This document shows, in pieces, positions 19,583 to 29,600 of a DNA stretch of 64,000 bases. The DNA is from a virus. The stretch is from positions 20,945-84,944 of IMG/VR virus record IMGVR_UViG_3300047508_000198; one strand, 5' to 3'. The notes under the pieces were generated by a model. The model saw only the letters and a program-made list of their open reading frames with translations, had not been told where the DNA came from and did no database searches. Position 1 is the first letter of the stretch, and every line of letters starts with the position of its first letter. Position numbers and translations under genes: made by a program.

Positions 19583-20260
19583 ATGACCACGTACCTGACC
19601 CTGGAGCAGGCCCGCGAGGCCGCCGCCGACGCGTGGGCCCTCGGCGAGCTGATCGGCGTGCCGTACGGGCGCTGGTCGGGCAAGTGCCACGAGGTCTCGT
19701 TCCAGCTGCTGTCCACCGGGCGATTCGGCCCTGGGCGCGTCGCCCGGGGCTGGTCCCCGGCCGTCATCGGGCAGCACAGCTGGATCGTGCTCGGGCCCGA
19801 CGTCTACGCCTCCGACGCGGTAATCGTCGACCCCACCATCACGCCGTACCTGCGCAAGCACGGCATGGCCGGGACCAACCGACCAGGCGGCCTGCCGGAC
19901 ATCCAGGTGGAATACGCCCACGACCTGAGCCACCGGGCGCACGGCCACGGCTCGATCTGGGAGGGCCAGAACAAGCCGTGCCCGGGAGGCGGCCCGATCA
20001 TCGAGCTGACGCCCGGCTTCGAGCTGTCAGAAGCCGCGAAGTTCTTCCTGAGCGAGGACATCCTCGGCCCGCTAGACCGGCGCGGCTGGGGCCAGCTCGC
20101 CAACGGGCCCATGCAAGAGTGGCCGGCCGCGGAGATCATCAGGGCGATGTACGACACGCCTGAGCTGAAGATGCTGGTGCCGGTCGACATCATCGGCATG
20201 CTGACCGATCACAATCCCGGCAAGTGCTACCTGACCGAAGACCTGGAGCTGAGACCATGA
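19583..20260 (+). CDS. Hypothetical protein, possible transglutaminase/papain-like C-H-D triad
   Basis: GKCHEVS...QHSWIV...IVDPT. Confidence 0.6.
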   Translation: MTTYLTLEQAREAAADAWALGELIGVPYGRWSGKCHEVSFQLLSTGRFGPGRVARGWSPAVIGQHSWIVLGPDVYASDAVIVDPTITPYLRKHGMAGTNRPGGLPDIQVEYAHDLSHRAHGHGSIWEGQNKPCPGGGPIIELTPGFELSEAAKFFLSEDILGPLDRRGWGQLANGPMQEWPAAEIIRAMYDTPELKMLVPVDIIGMLTDHNPGKCYLTEDLELRP

Positions 20261-20838
20261 AAGCCGAGCGGCGGATGAAGCCGGAGTGGGGGATCACGCT
20301 CGATGGCGTGTGGATCCCCTACTCCATGCTGGAGGAGCTGGCCGACCAGGGCGAGTGGGATTCCCAGCTCGGGCCCGGCTCCGCCTACATCCGGCCGAAC
20401 CGGGACCAGCAGCGGGTCCTGGTCGCGCACCAGCTGGCCGTCAAGGAGACCCGCGGCGGGCTGCACCGCGGCCCCGGGCTGCAGGCCCTCATCAGCGCCG
20501 TGGAGTTCCCCTCCTTCGCCCAGATGTCCACCGGAGCCTACGTGGCCCGGCCTCCCGCCCCGGAGATCGTCCAGGCCCGCCAGTGGCTCACCGGGACTGA
20601 CCCGGAGGAGCTGGCGGAGTGGTGTGAGGGCTGGACCTACACCGGCACCCAGCACGGGCACACCAGCCCGCCCTGGGCCGAGCACACCTGCCTGAACCTG
20701 GAGGTCCGCGAGAACAGCCCGAAGGGCCACGCCGACCCGGGCGACTGGATCGTCCGGTACGAGGACGGCACCTACACGATCATCCCGCCGGGGGAGTTCA
20801 CCGCGAGCTTCGACCCGTACCCGGGTAACGGTTCGTGA
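20257..20838 (+). CDS. Hypothetical protein
   Basis: C-terminal VQARQW...ADPGDWIVRYEDG..F..FDP, a common phage motif. Confidence 0.65.
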   Translation: MKAERRMKPEWGITLDGVWIPYSMLEELADQGEWDSQLGPGSAYIRPNRDQQRVLVAHQLAVKETRGGLHRGPGLQALISAVEFPSFAQMSTGAYVARPPAPEIVQARQWLTGTDPEELAEWCEGWTYTGTQHGHTSPPWAEHTCLNLEVRENSPKGHADPGDWIVRYEDGTYTIIPPGEFTASFDPYPGNGS

Positions 20839-21224
20839 GTAAACGTGAGTTCACCACCTGCACCCCGGACACGCACGGGGCCACCGGCAACCGGGTCTGG
20901 GACGTCGACTTCCGGAGCTGGCGCTGCCGGGGCTGCGGGCACCGCTGCGCCACCAACGGCCGGAAGCCGAAGCAGACCCGGTACATGTGGCCGTGGAAGT
21001 GGCCGCGCGAGCTGGCCCGGCGCGCGTGGGCCCGGACGGTCACCGACCCGCCGCCGGAGCCTCGCCTCCGCCGCCCGCGGTCATTACCTCAGCTGGGGCT
21101 GGATCGTCCTGCCGGTCGCCTGCGGGATCCTCGGCGCGGTGCTCTGGACCCTGCTGTGATCAGGCGATCGGGCCGCCCGGTCCCCGGCCGTACACCCCGC
21201 CCAGCGCCACCGAAATGCCGATGA
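20835..21224 (+). CDS. Hypothetical Zn-ribbon protein (3' end uncertain)
   Basis: GTGA overlap; WRCRGCGHRC; the tail overlaps a convergent gene. Confidence 0.4.
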   Translation: MSKREFTTCTPDTHGATGNRVWDVDFRSWRCRGCGHRCATNGRKPKQTRYMWPWKWPRELARRAWARTVTDPPPEPRLRRPRSLPQLGLDRPAGRLRDPRRGALDPAVIRRSGRPVPGRTPRPAPPKCR

Positions 21225-21339
21225 AAACGATGATGGACGCCAGGGCGTGGATCACGGTGATGTGACCGAACCACACCACCACGCCCCAGATGACGATGAT
21301 GATGCCGACCAGGATGGACACGACCCAGACGTTCCTCAT
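21160..21339 (-). CDS. Small two-TM membrane protein (59 aa)
   Basis: MRNVWVVSILVGIIIVIWGVVVWFGHITVIHALASIIVFIGISVALGG...; GGAGG RBS; below ORF-track cutoff. Confidence 0.6.
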   Translation of the reverse strand: MRNVWVVSILVGIIIVIWGVVVWFGHITVIHALASIIVFIGISVALGGVYGRGPGGPIA

Positions 21340-21349
21340 GACATGCCTC

Positions 21350-22459
21350 CTACAGCACGGCCAGCTCTGCTGCCTCGCCGAGCATCCCGGCCCCGGCAGC
21401 AGCCCCGCCGCCGGCGCCGGGAATCTTGTTGATCAGGGCCTTGCCCAGGCCGTACTCGCCCAGGCCCATGCCGTGGCCGCCGTCCCCGCCGCTGTCGCCG
21501 GGACTGGCGTTAGTGCCCGCGCTGGGCGCCCAGGGCTCGTCGCTTATCACGCTGCTGGCCATGTCGGCCTGGCGCAGGTAGGAGCCGACCACGCGGCGCG
21601 CCACCCGGCGGCACTCCGACGGCGCCAGGTACGGGTTGGAGGCCTGCACCGTGGCAGCGACCGCCTCGACCTGACGGCGCACCGGGTCCTTGCGCGCGGC
21701 CGTGACGGCCTGGTCGGGCGTCGTGTCGTACCCGGCCGTGCCGGTGCCGCCCTGCAGCCCGGTGCCCGCTGACGTCGCCTGGGTGCCCGACTGCAGGCCG
21801 CCGGGCTTCATGCCGTCCGGGGTCGAGGTCGCGCCGCCCACGCCCGCGGGCAGGCCCGCGCTCATCGGCGCACCGGAAGGCGGCGAGCCCGAGGTCACGT
21901 CCGCGGTCGCGCGCATGCACAGGCAGGCGCCCGGCTTGTCCTTGCAGCTCTTGCACCGGCCGCTCTTCTTGGTGAGCCTGCTGCCGCACCGGCACAGGCC
22001 CGCGGTGGCGCCCATCTCCGGCGCCGGGATCTCGGGAGCCTGCGGGGTGACCACCTGGGGCGCCGGGCCGCCAGGAGCGCCCTGGGGGATCTCGGCGTAG
22101 CCGTGGCTGTAGTCCGGGCCCTCGTCGTGCTCGTAGCCCTCAGCGGGCCCTGAGCCGAAGCTCTGGCCGGCCTGCAGCACCGGGGCCACCGGGTCGACAC
22201 CCTCGGGCAGCGCCTCCTTCAGCAGGGCGTAGCGGCGCCGGGCGGTCTCTTCCAGCTCCTCGGCGGGCAGGCCGCACGCGGCGGCTACCCGCTCGATCCG
22301 CTCGGCCGCAAAGGCCAGCCGGTGCTCCAGCTCGCGAGCCGAGCGGGACTGGAACAGGAACGCGTAGACCGGCAGCATCTCGGCGTCGGCCCGGTCCAGG
22401 CTTGCCTCGCGCGCCTCCAGGTCGTGATCGGCGCTCGCCTCGTGCCACAAATCCGACAT
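21350..22459 (-). CDS. Probable head-associated/scaffold-like protein
   Basis: GGAGG RBS; helical N-terminus, G/P/A linkers, Cys cluster, RQA/xTA motifs. Confidence 0.7.
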   Translation of the reverse strand: MSDLWHEASADHDLEAREASLDRADAEMLPVYAFLFQSRSARELEHRLAFAAERIERVAAACGLPAEELEETARRRYALLKEALPEGVDPVAPVLQAGQSFGSGPAEGYEHDEGPDYSHGYAEIPQGAPGGPAPQVVTPQAPEIPAPEMGATAGLCRCGSRLTKKSGRCKSCKDKPGACLCMRATADVTSGSPPSGAPMSAGLPAGVGGATSTPDGMKPGGLQSGTQATSAGTGLQGGTGTAGYDTTPDQAVTAARKDPVRRQVEAVAATVQASNPYLAPSECRRVARRVVGSYLRQADMASSVISDEPWAPSAGTNASPGDSGGDGGHGMGLGEYGLGKALINKIPGAGGGAAAGAGMLGEAAELAVL

Positions 22460-22499
22460 GCTCTGCCTCCCTGGGCGTCCTACTTCTTCCCAGGGGGCA

Positions 22500-24565
22500 G
22501 AGCCATGCCTGCCGCGCCATGCACTGCCGATCTATGCCGAGAGCCGCCATACGATGCCGAGACGGCCACGCCATGCCGAGCCTTGCCGGTCCTTGCGAGG
22601 CCGCGCCGTGCGATGACTGCCACGCCTCACCCAGCCCCGCTTCGCCTCTCCAGGCAAGGGATGCCATGCGGCGACTGCCGGGCCTGGCCGGGCCGTGCCA
22701 TACCGAGCGATGACTGCCGGGCCTGGCCTAGCCATGCTGCGCCCTGCCTGGACTGGACAGGCCACGCCGAGACTGCCATGCAACGCCGGGCCCAGCTGCG
22801 ACTAGCCGGGCCTAGACAGGACTGCCAGGCCAAGCCCACCGTTGCCACGCCACGCGTGTCCGGCCTGGCCATGCCGAGCCGTACCCTGACACGCCTAGCC
22901 AACCGAGCCCTGCCGTGCCTCGACTGCCCAGCCCGGCCTTGCCCAGACGTCAATGCCAAACCTAGCCAGGCGGGCCGTAGCCTGCCGAGCAAAGCTGTGC
23001 TGCGCCTACGCTAGCCGAGCCGAGCCCTGCCTAGACCGCCCGGCCAGGCCACGCCGTGCCCAGCACTGGCTAGCCGTGCCCGGACAAGCCGCGACCGTCC
23101 ATGCCCCGACTGCCTCGCCGAGTCATGCCTCACCCGGCCGCGCCCTGCGCTGACTGCCCCGCAACGCCTATCCCAGCCATCCCGCGCCGCGACGGCCTCG
23201 CTGAGACGAGCCTCGCTATGCCGCGCCCTGCGCTAACTGCCTCACCTCGATTTGACGCGCCTGGCCCCGCCGAGCCACGCCGTCCCTTGACTGCCAGGCC
23301 ACGCCGTACCCTGACTAGCCCAGACGGGCCTCGCCTTGCCTCGACTGCCGTGCCACGCCCCGCCTAGCAAAGCACACGATGCCCCGCGATGCGCCGACTG
23401 CCCTGCCTTCCGTGCCGGGCCGAGCATCCCGGGCCCAGCCATTCCGAGCCCCGCGTTGCGACGACTGCCCGGCTAAGCCAGGCCTTGCAACGCCGGTCCT
23501 TGCCAGGCCTCTCCCGGCCTGGCCCAGACTGCCTTGCCGAGCCAGGCCCCGCCGAGCTGCGCCTACCCTGGCCTAGCCAATCCAGCCATGCCGAGCCGAG
23601 CCGCGCCAAGCCAAGATTGGCCTAGCCCTGACTGCCGGGCCAAGCCACGCGACGACATACTGCGCCCTGACCTGACTGCCTGGCTGAGCCGTACCGAGCC
23701 AGGCCGGACCATGCCTCGACTGCCGAGCCACGCCATGACCTGGCTGCCGATCCTCGCCTGGACGCGCTGCGCCGTAGGTAGCCCGGCCTGTCCATGGCAG
23801 CCGAACCGGGCTGTGCCGCGCCTAGCCACTCGGTGCCCCGCGCCGCCTCGACTGCCGCGCCTAGCCACGCCTTGCCTAATCACCCATGCCGCGCCGCGCC
23901 ACGACGGCCGGACCATACTGCGCCGTCCATGCTGGGCAACACCGGGCTGTGCCGCACGATGCCCTGACTGCCTGGCCGAGCCGTGAAGCCCCTGCTTCGC
24001 CTTGACGGCCGAGACCGGCCGAGCCATGCACTGACTACAACGCCGCGCCTTGACTGCTGTGCCAAGCCTTGCCCTGCCCGGACAAGCCACCCGATGCCTT
24101 GACTGCCTCACCACACCTTGCCTCGCCCAGCCTTCCCAGACCGCGCCTTGACTGCCGTGCCGGGCGACGCTATCCAAGCCATGCCCTGCTCAGCCAACCC
24201 AGGCCGAGCCTTGACGGCCTCGCCCCGCTGTACGAACAGCACCATGCGCCGACGGCCACGCCGAGCCGGGCTGCTCCGGGCCAAGCAACGACCAGCCCTG
24301 AGCTGCCAAGACTGCCCTGCCTAGCCGCGCAAAGCCACTCCTTGCCCCGCCTCGCCGCGAGACACCACGCGACGCCGAGACTGCCGCGCTAAGCCAAACC
24401 ACGCCCGTCCCAGCGGTCGATGCTTCGCCATGCCTTGACGGCCCTGCACTGCCGCACCCCGACCAGCCCAGACTGGCCTCGCCCAGGCTGGCCGGGCCTG
24501 GACTGCCTGGCCGCGCCAGGCCGCGCCGTGACGCAACCAGCCACGTCACGGCCCGGCCTGACGGC
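22500..24565 (-). repeat. GGY-NN pentamer array 2, directly downstream of the RAMP-like operon (candidate guide-RNA array)
   Basis: About 35 units delimited by GACTGCC/GACGGCC on plus strand; spacings mostly 39/44/49/54/59/64 nt; e.g. 23674 GACT-GCCTG-GCTGA-GCCGT-ACCGA-GCCAG-GCCGG-ACCAT-GCCTC. Confidence 0.9.
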
Positions 24566-25042
24566 TTAGGCCTCGTCGCCAACGGCGAGAGGGCCGTCAT
24601 CTTCCTCGACATCCATGGTCCGGCGGACCATGGCGATGAACTCGCTGAACATGCGGTAGCGGCGCTGCATGTTCCGCCAGTCCACTTCCATCTGGCGCCG
24701 CACCTGGGCGGTCAGCACCTCATCCCGCTGGATCTCGTCCAGCGGCACGTACGAGCGCCCCGGCACGCCAGCGGCGTGCACCGAGTGGAACACCCGGATG
24801 GACTGCACCTCACTGCGCTTGTCGATGTACTGCTCGCGCACCACGCGAACCAGCTGCCGGGCCTGCTGCAGCCGGTACTTGCGCGCGGCGACATCGTTGT
24901 TCCACTCGAACCGGCTGTGCAGCGGGTGACCCTCGGCGGCGGCGGCCGAGACAATGGCCGCCGCCGTCAGGATGCCGCCGTTCTCCTCGCGGATCTGCAG
25001 CAGCTCGGTTTCGAGCTGGCTAGGAGCCTGATCCGGCGCCAT
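24566..25042 (-). CDS. Accessory protein of the RAMP-like/array locus
   Basis: ELLQIREENGGILTAAAIV..HPLHSRFEWNNDVAARKYRLQQARQLVR; overlaps the 3' end of the RAMP-like gene; array starts at its stop. Confidence 0.8.
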   Translation of the reverse strand: MAPDQAPSQLETELLQIREENGGILTAAAIVSAAAAEGHPLHSRFEWNNDVAARKYRLQQARQLVRVVREQYIDKRSEVQSIRVFHSVHAAGVPGRSYVPLDEIQRDEVLTAQVRRQMEVDWRNMQRRYRMFSEFIAMVRRTMDVEEDDGPLAVGDEA

Positions 25043-26012
25043 CGCCGGCCTCAGCAGCCATCGCAGCGCGGTCCTCCGCGGTCAGGCCGCGGTCGGGACC
25101 GGGCTCCTTGTCCTTGACCGGCTTGGCCTCGGGCTCGGGCTCGGGCTCCTCGGCCAGGACCTCCGGCGGGGCGTCCAGCTCGGCGAAGTCGTCCATCGTC
25201 AGATGGTCTTCCTCGCCGTAGACGTCGTAGTCCACCGAGTCCAGCAGGTACATCGGGTCCAGCTCGCGGACCACGGTGACGGCGTTGCGGCCGTCGGCGA
25301 TCCGGAACGTGCCGAATTCCCCGTTCCGCTCGGGCCGCCACTCGCCGACGCCGACATTGCCGCCGCCCGCCTCGATCAGCGAGACCACCGAGTCCCGCTC
25401 CAGCAGGTTGGAGGTGTAGCCCACCATCAAGGTGGCGCTCCACCGGTAGAAGCAGCCGCGGTACCGCAGGTCCGCGGGGTGGTTGACGCCGGCCAGGCGC
25501 ACGTAGTCCTCGCGCATCCGGGGGCGGCCGTCGAGCACGACCATCCGGCCGGCCTCGCTCGGCACGCTGACGCCGTAGAACGTCAGGAACTGGCGAAGCT
25601 CGGTCATCTTCACCTGCTTGCCCCAGAACCGCCCGGCCCCGATAGTCGCCATCTTGAAGGCCATGGCGGGCAGGCCGAACAGCACCTCCTCGGTCGCCGG
25701 GTCGACGCCCGCACGGTAGAGGCTGGCCAGGTACTCGCGGTGCGGGTCACGCTTCTCCGGCTGGCGCTTCTTGCCCTGCTGGGCGGCCAGCATCTGGGCC
25801 TTGGCCTTCTCGGAGAACCGGCTGACGATCAGCGGCGCGGTGCCGATGATCCGGATGGCGAGCAGCTCCTGCCGGATCGGCTTGATGGTCAGCGCCGCGG
25901 CCGGAGCCGGGGCAGATGCCGTCGTGCGCCGCTTGACGGCTGGCTTGGCGTCGGCTCCGTTCGTACCGGTGGCGGTAGCCGCCGGGTCATCCTTAACCTG
26001 TGTTCCAGGCAT
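25020..26012 (-). CDS. Stand-alone RAMP/Cas7-like RNA-binding protein (Vipr-like effector candidate)
   Basis: IRIIGTAPLIV first strand, GLPAMAFKMA helix, ADLRYR..F..WSATL, terminal Gly-rich loop GGGNVGVGEWRPERNGEFGTF; order of motifs parallels RAMP proteins. Confidence 0.7.
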   Translation of the reverse strand: MPGTQVKDDPAATATGTNGADAKPAVKRRTTASAPAPAAALTIKPIRQELLAIRIIGTAPLIVSRFSEKAKAQMLAAQQGKKRQPEKRDPHREYLASLYRAGVDPATEEVLFGLPAMAFKMATIGAGRFWGKQVKMTELRQFLTFYGVSVPSEAGRMVVLDGRPRMREDYVRLAGVNHPADLRYRGCFYRWSATLMVGYTSNLLERDSVVSLIEAGGGNVGVGEWRPERNGEFGTFRIADGRNAVTVVRELDPMYLLDSVDYDVYGEEDHLTMDDFAELDAPPEVLAEEPEPEPEAKPVKDKEPGPDRGLTAEDRAAMAAEAGDGAGSGS

Positions 26013-26090
26013 GGTTCAGTCCCTCCTCGGGGGAGTGAATCGTGTCGCGGCCCCCGCCTCCTTACCAGGTCGGGGGCCGCCTTGGCCTTG

Positions 26091-26131
26091 ACACTATACT
26101 TACGAGCACGCACTGTCAAAGAACCTTGATA
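26091..26131 (-). promoter_or_regulatory. Promoter of RAMP-like operon with overlapping operator
   Basis: Minus strand TTGACA-17 bp-TAGTGT; operator variant TATCAA-GGTTCT-TTGACA (26114-26131) overlaps the -35. Confidence 0.7.
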
Positions 26132-26153
26132 TTTCTGCTACGATGGCTGACGT

Positions 26154-26290
26154 CCCCGCCCGGACACCCGCCCCTAAGGCCACGGGGCGGTTCGCCAGGT
26201 GACGCGCGTAAGCGGCAAGCGTGGTCCGTAGCCGAAACCGGAGCCGTATAGGTAGTTGGGCCAGCCTCAGTCTGGCCCGTCCGGGCGGGG
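26154..26290. ncRNA. Candidate structured non-coding RNA
   Basis: 12-bp closing stem CCCCGCCCGGAC/GTCCGGGCGGGG with internal hairpins at 26168-26190 and 26258-26278; TG-C-TACGAT extended -10 just upstream on plus strand. Confidence 0.4.
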
Positions 26291-26323
26291 CCCAGTCTCT
26301 AGGAACATTGATACTCTAGGCCC

Positions 26324-26614
26324 ATGTGCTGCTGGACTCACGAAGACCTGAGCTACCCGGGCGCGCTCGCCTCCACGGACGTGGACGACCGCTGCCGGTG
26401 CGAATGCCTCCCGCCGTGCCGGCGCCGTGCCACGGCCGAGGACGTGCGCTGCGACGTATGCGGCGGGCGCGCCTCCTCCGACCCGGCCCAGGGAGGAGGG
26501 CGAACGGCCCAGGTGGAGCCGCAATCGTTCGAGCGCTCGGTCACCGAGCGCGAGTACCCGCTCTCCATCACCCTGCCCGGCGCGCTGCCAGCGACGCCTG
26601 GACAACCCTTCTGA
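26324..26614 (+). CDS. Small Cys-rich hypothetical protein
   Basis: Follows AT-rich TACTCT box, possibly leaderless; CRCEC..C..CDVC. Confidence 0.4.
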   Translation: MCCWTHEDLSYPGALASTDVDDRCRCECLPPCRRRATAEDVRCDVCGGRASSDPAQGGGRTAQVEPQSFERSVTEREYPLSITLPGALPATPGQPF

Positions 26615-29600
26615 ACGCCACCGCCTGCGGCTTGTGCATCGGGTCGCCCTGGTAGGCGTCGGTGTTGCTGTAGCCGCTGCTGTCCGCGGTGTTCGGCGCG
26701 ACCGGGGCCAGGTCGGCGTTGCCCGGCTGACGGCCGCTGAAGGTCTGGGTGAACGGGCCGCCCGGCTGCGGCGGCTCCTGCGGCTGGCCGAGCACGTCAT
26801 CAGGCGCCACCGGGCCCGTGCCCTTCGGCTCGGTGCCCTGGTACGGAGGCGGGCCGCCGGAGCGGGCCGGGTCCTCCCCGCCGCCCATCACCGGCGGCGT
26901 GCCGGGACCGTTCAGCGGCGTGCTGCCCATCGGGTCCGGGCTCGCGCCGGGACCGTCGGTGATCAGGTCGACCGAGGTGGCCGCGGTCTTGCCCTGGCGC
27001 TGCGCGTGGTCCTCCAGCCCGTTCCACGTCGCGGATCCCGCCTGAGCCGTCTGCCAGTAATGCGACCCGGCCGCCTCGGCGTTCGCATAGCCCCTGGCCC
27101 TCAGGTGGTCGATCGCATCCTGCCCGGTTTCCGGCCAGCGCTTGTGTCCCATAGCTATAAAGATAGGGTAGGTGCCGGTCGCCGACGGCTGCCAGCGGCC
27201 CCGCTCGGCCAGCAGGAGCTTGCGGGTGAACCCGGCGTGCGCGTCGAGCCGCTGAGCCAGCACCGGGTGCCGGGCCGCCTGGTCCTGGTGCGCCACCACC
27301 CACCGGGCCTGGATGCCGCCCGGCCGGTCGGCGATCGCCGCGTACAGGCCGGCCTCGAAGGCCGGGGAGCCCTGACCGACCAGGCGGCGGCCGGGCTGCC
27401 AGCGGGCCGCGAACCGGTAGCCCTTGGCGAAGCCGGGGTCGTCGACCGCGGAGCGGGTGACGAAGCTGGCCGAGACGGTGAACGCGGCCTTGCCGAACTC
27501 CTTGCGCTTGCGCTCCAGGTAGGCGTGGCGGCGTACGCCCTCGTGGCCGAAGTAGGCGTCGTGGACGCCCTGCCCGTGGGTGCGCCGTACGTAGTCACGG
27601 AACCGGCTGTAGTCCTCGTCGGTCGGCTCGCGCTCGCCGGCGTCCGGGTCCCGCCGCCACAGGTCGTGCATGACATGCTGCGGGATCGCCGACCGCACCG
27701 ACGGGTCCACGTAGTCGTAGGAGTCGTGCTCGTAGGGCCGCTGGTAGTCCCCCTGGCGCTGCAGCGAGGCGTGGCTCACCTGGAAGGCGCGCTGCGCGTC
27801 GGCCGCGTTCCCCGCCTGGCCTGCGTCCCCGCCCATGCTGCGCGGAACATCCATCTGGCCAGGGTCAGGAGGACGGCCACTGTAGCCCACCGAGTAGCCC
27901 TGGACGTACGGGCTGACCCGCGAGCTGTTGTCGCTGAACGTCGGGTGCTCCCCGGCTGCCGCGTCATCCTGGCCGTCCTTGACGCCCTGGCCGTAGTCAC
28001 CGCTGCCCTCGTTCGAGGACCACGGGTCCGGGCTGGTCTGCGCCGAGTTGAACGGCGCGGTTCCGTCGTCGGTGGTCTCGTGCGGCTTGGTCAAGATGTC
28101 GGCCTGGCGCCGCAGCGAGCCCATGTACTGGCCGCCGCCGGGCTCGTTGGAGAAGGCGCGCTCCCCGGGGATGCGGCTGGTGACGTCCAGGTCGTGCTGC
28201 GCCTTCACGGTGGAGTACACGCCGAGGTAATGCGCGTGCAGGTCCGGGCGGCCGGTCATCTCGCCGTAGGCCTTCTTGTCGACCGGCTCGCGGCCGTTGG
28301 TGGCGTCGATCACGCCGCGGGTCTCGTTGTGGCCGCGCAGGTACTGCCCGTGCCCCTTGCGGCCGAAGACGTAGCTGTCCTTGTGCGGCGGCTTCTTGCC
28401 CTCCATGGCGTCCATCCGGCCGAACATCCGCAGCGCCGTGTTGGAAGGCGTCATCGAGCTGCGGGCCGCAGTCGCGCCCTTGGGCCGGGCGCCGTCCGGG
28501 CCGGTCTCCCACTCGCCCTGGAACTCCGGGTTGAGCGGGAACGCGACCTCCTGGTTCAGCTCGTCGGCCTGCGGCGTGGGGACGTCGTGGGAGTCCACCG
28601 TCTGCTGGATCTGGGGCAGCTGCGAGGCAGCCTCGTGCTGACGGTCAGAGGCGGCGCCCTGGTCGGGCATCTCCTGGCGCTGCTGCTCGCTGTACACGTC
28701 CCACTGGTGCCGGGGCTGCTCCTCCTCCGCGTGGGCGGTGCGGTGCTGGCCTTCCACCTGGTGCTTGATCTTCCCGCAGTAGGCCTCGGGGTCGTTCTTG
28801 TCGGAGTTGGCCGCGACGCACGCGGCGAAGTCCTCGTACCCGGCGAACGGGGCGCCCTTCGTCAGCTGCCCCTGGCGGGGCTCAGGAAAATTTGGCGGCC
28901 TGCCGGCCCCGGCCCCGGTCTTGTCCCAGGGCTTGCCCTTGCCCTTCTTCTTGCCCTTGCCCTTCTTCTTCTTCTGGCCGAAGGCGTCCTGCTCCTCATC
29001 GTCCTCGGCAAACGGGTTCTTGCCGCCCGCCAGGACCGGGCGCACCCGGGCCAGGTACCCGTGCAGCCAGGCGATCTCGTCCTCGCTGCGAGCCTCGGCC
29101 CGGAACGCCGCGGCGATCGTCCGGTGATGGGCGGCCACCTTCTTCAGGTCCCCGGTGCGCAGCACGGCGGTGCCCTCGTCCGCGCCCTGGACCTCGAAGT
29201 ACGCCTGGCGGCGGAAGTCCTCGGCGTTCATCAGGTAGCCGACCGCGACCGAGGCGGTGTGCTCATGGCCGTTGCCGCAGGACTGCTCGGGCCAGTGCAG
29301 CGAGCCGCACCGCTCGTGGTAGGGCGCGTCAAACGTGTCGACATCCTGGTCCGAGCCGATGTGCCAGCGGAACCCGTCCTGGTCCGGGCCGGTGTAGGCG
29401 GAGACGCGCAGCGCAGCCTGGCGCTCGGCCGTCGGGCGCGGCGGGGCGCCCTCGTCCATGTCCTGGTCCTGGCCCGGGGCAGGCGTAGAGGACGGCTGGC
29501 TGGGGGCCGCGCCCGGCGGGGTAGTGGGGATCTGGCCGGGCGGGCCGAGCGGGATCTGGGCGTAGGAGTCGGCGGTGTCCATCGACGTGGTGTGCTCGTC

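Noticed and set aside
20835-21224. Programmed frameshift joining the Zn-ribbon ORF to a hydrophobic tail ending at 21159
   Set aside because: No slippery sequence evident; cannot distinguish from degeneration or chance
22500-24565. Canonical CRISPR array
   Set aside because: No identical 25-40 nt direct repeats with unique spacers, and no cas1/cas2 in the window
22140-24612. Overlapping low-complexity ORFs over array 2
   Set aside because: Same pentamer artefact; 5n+4 unit lengths do not preserve a reading frame
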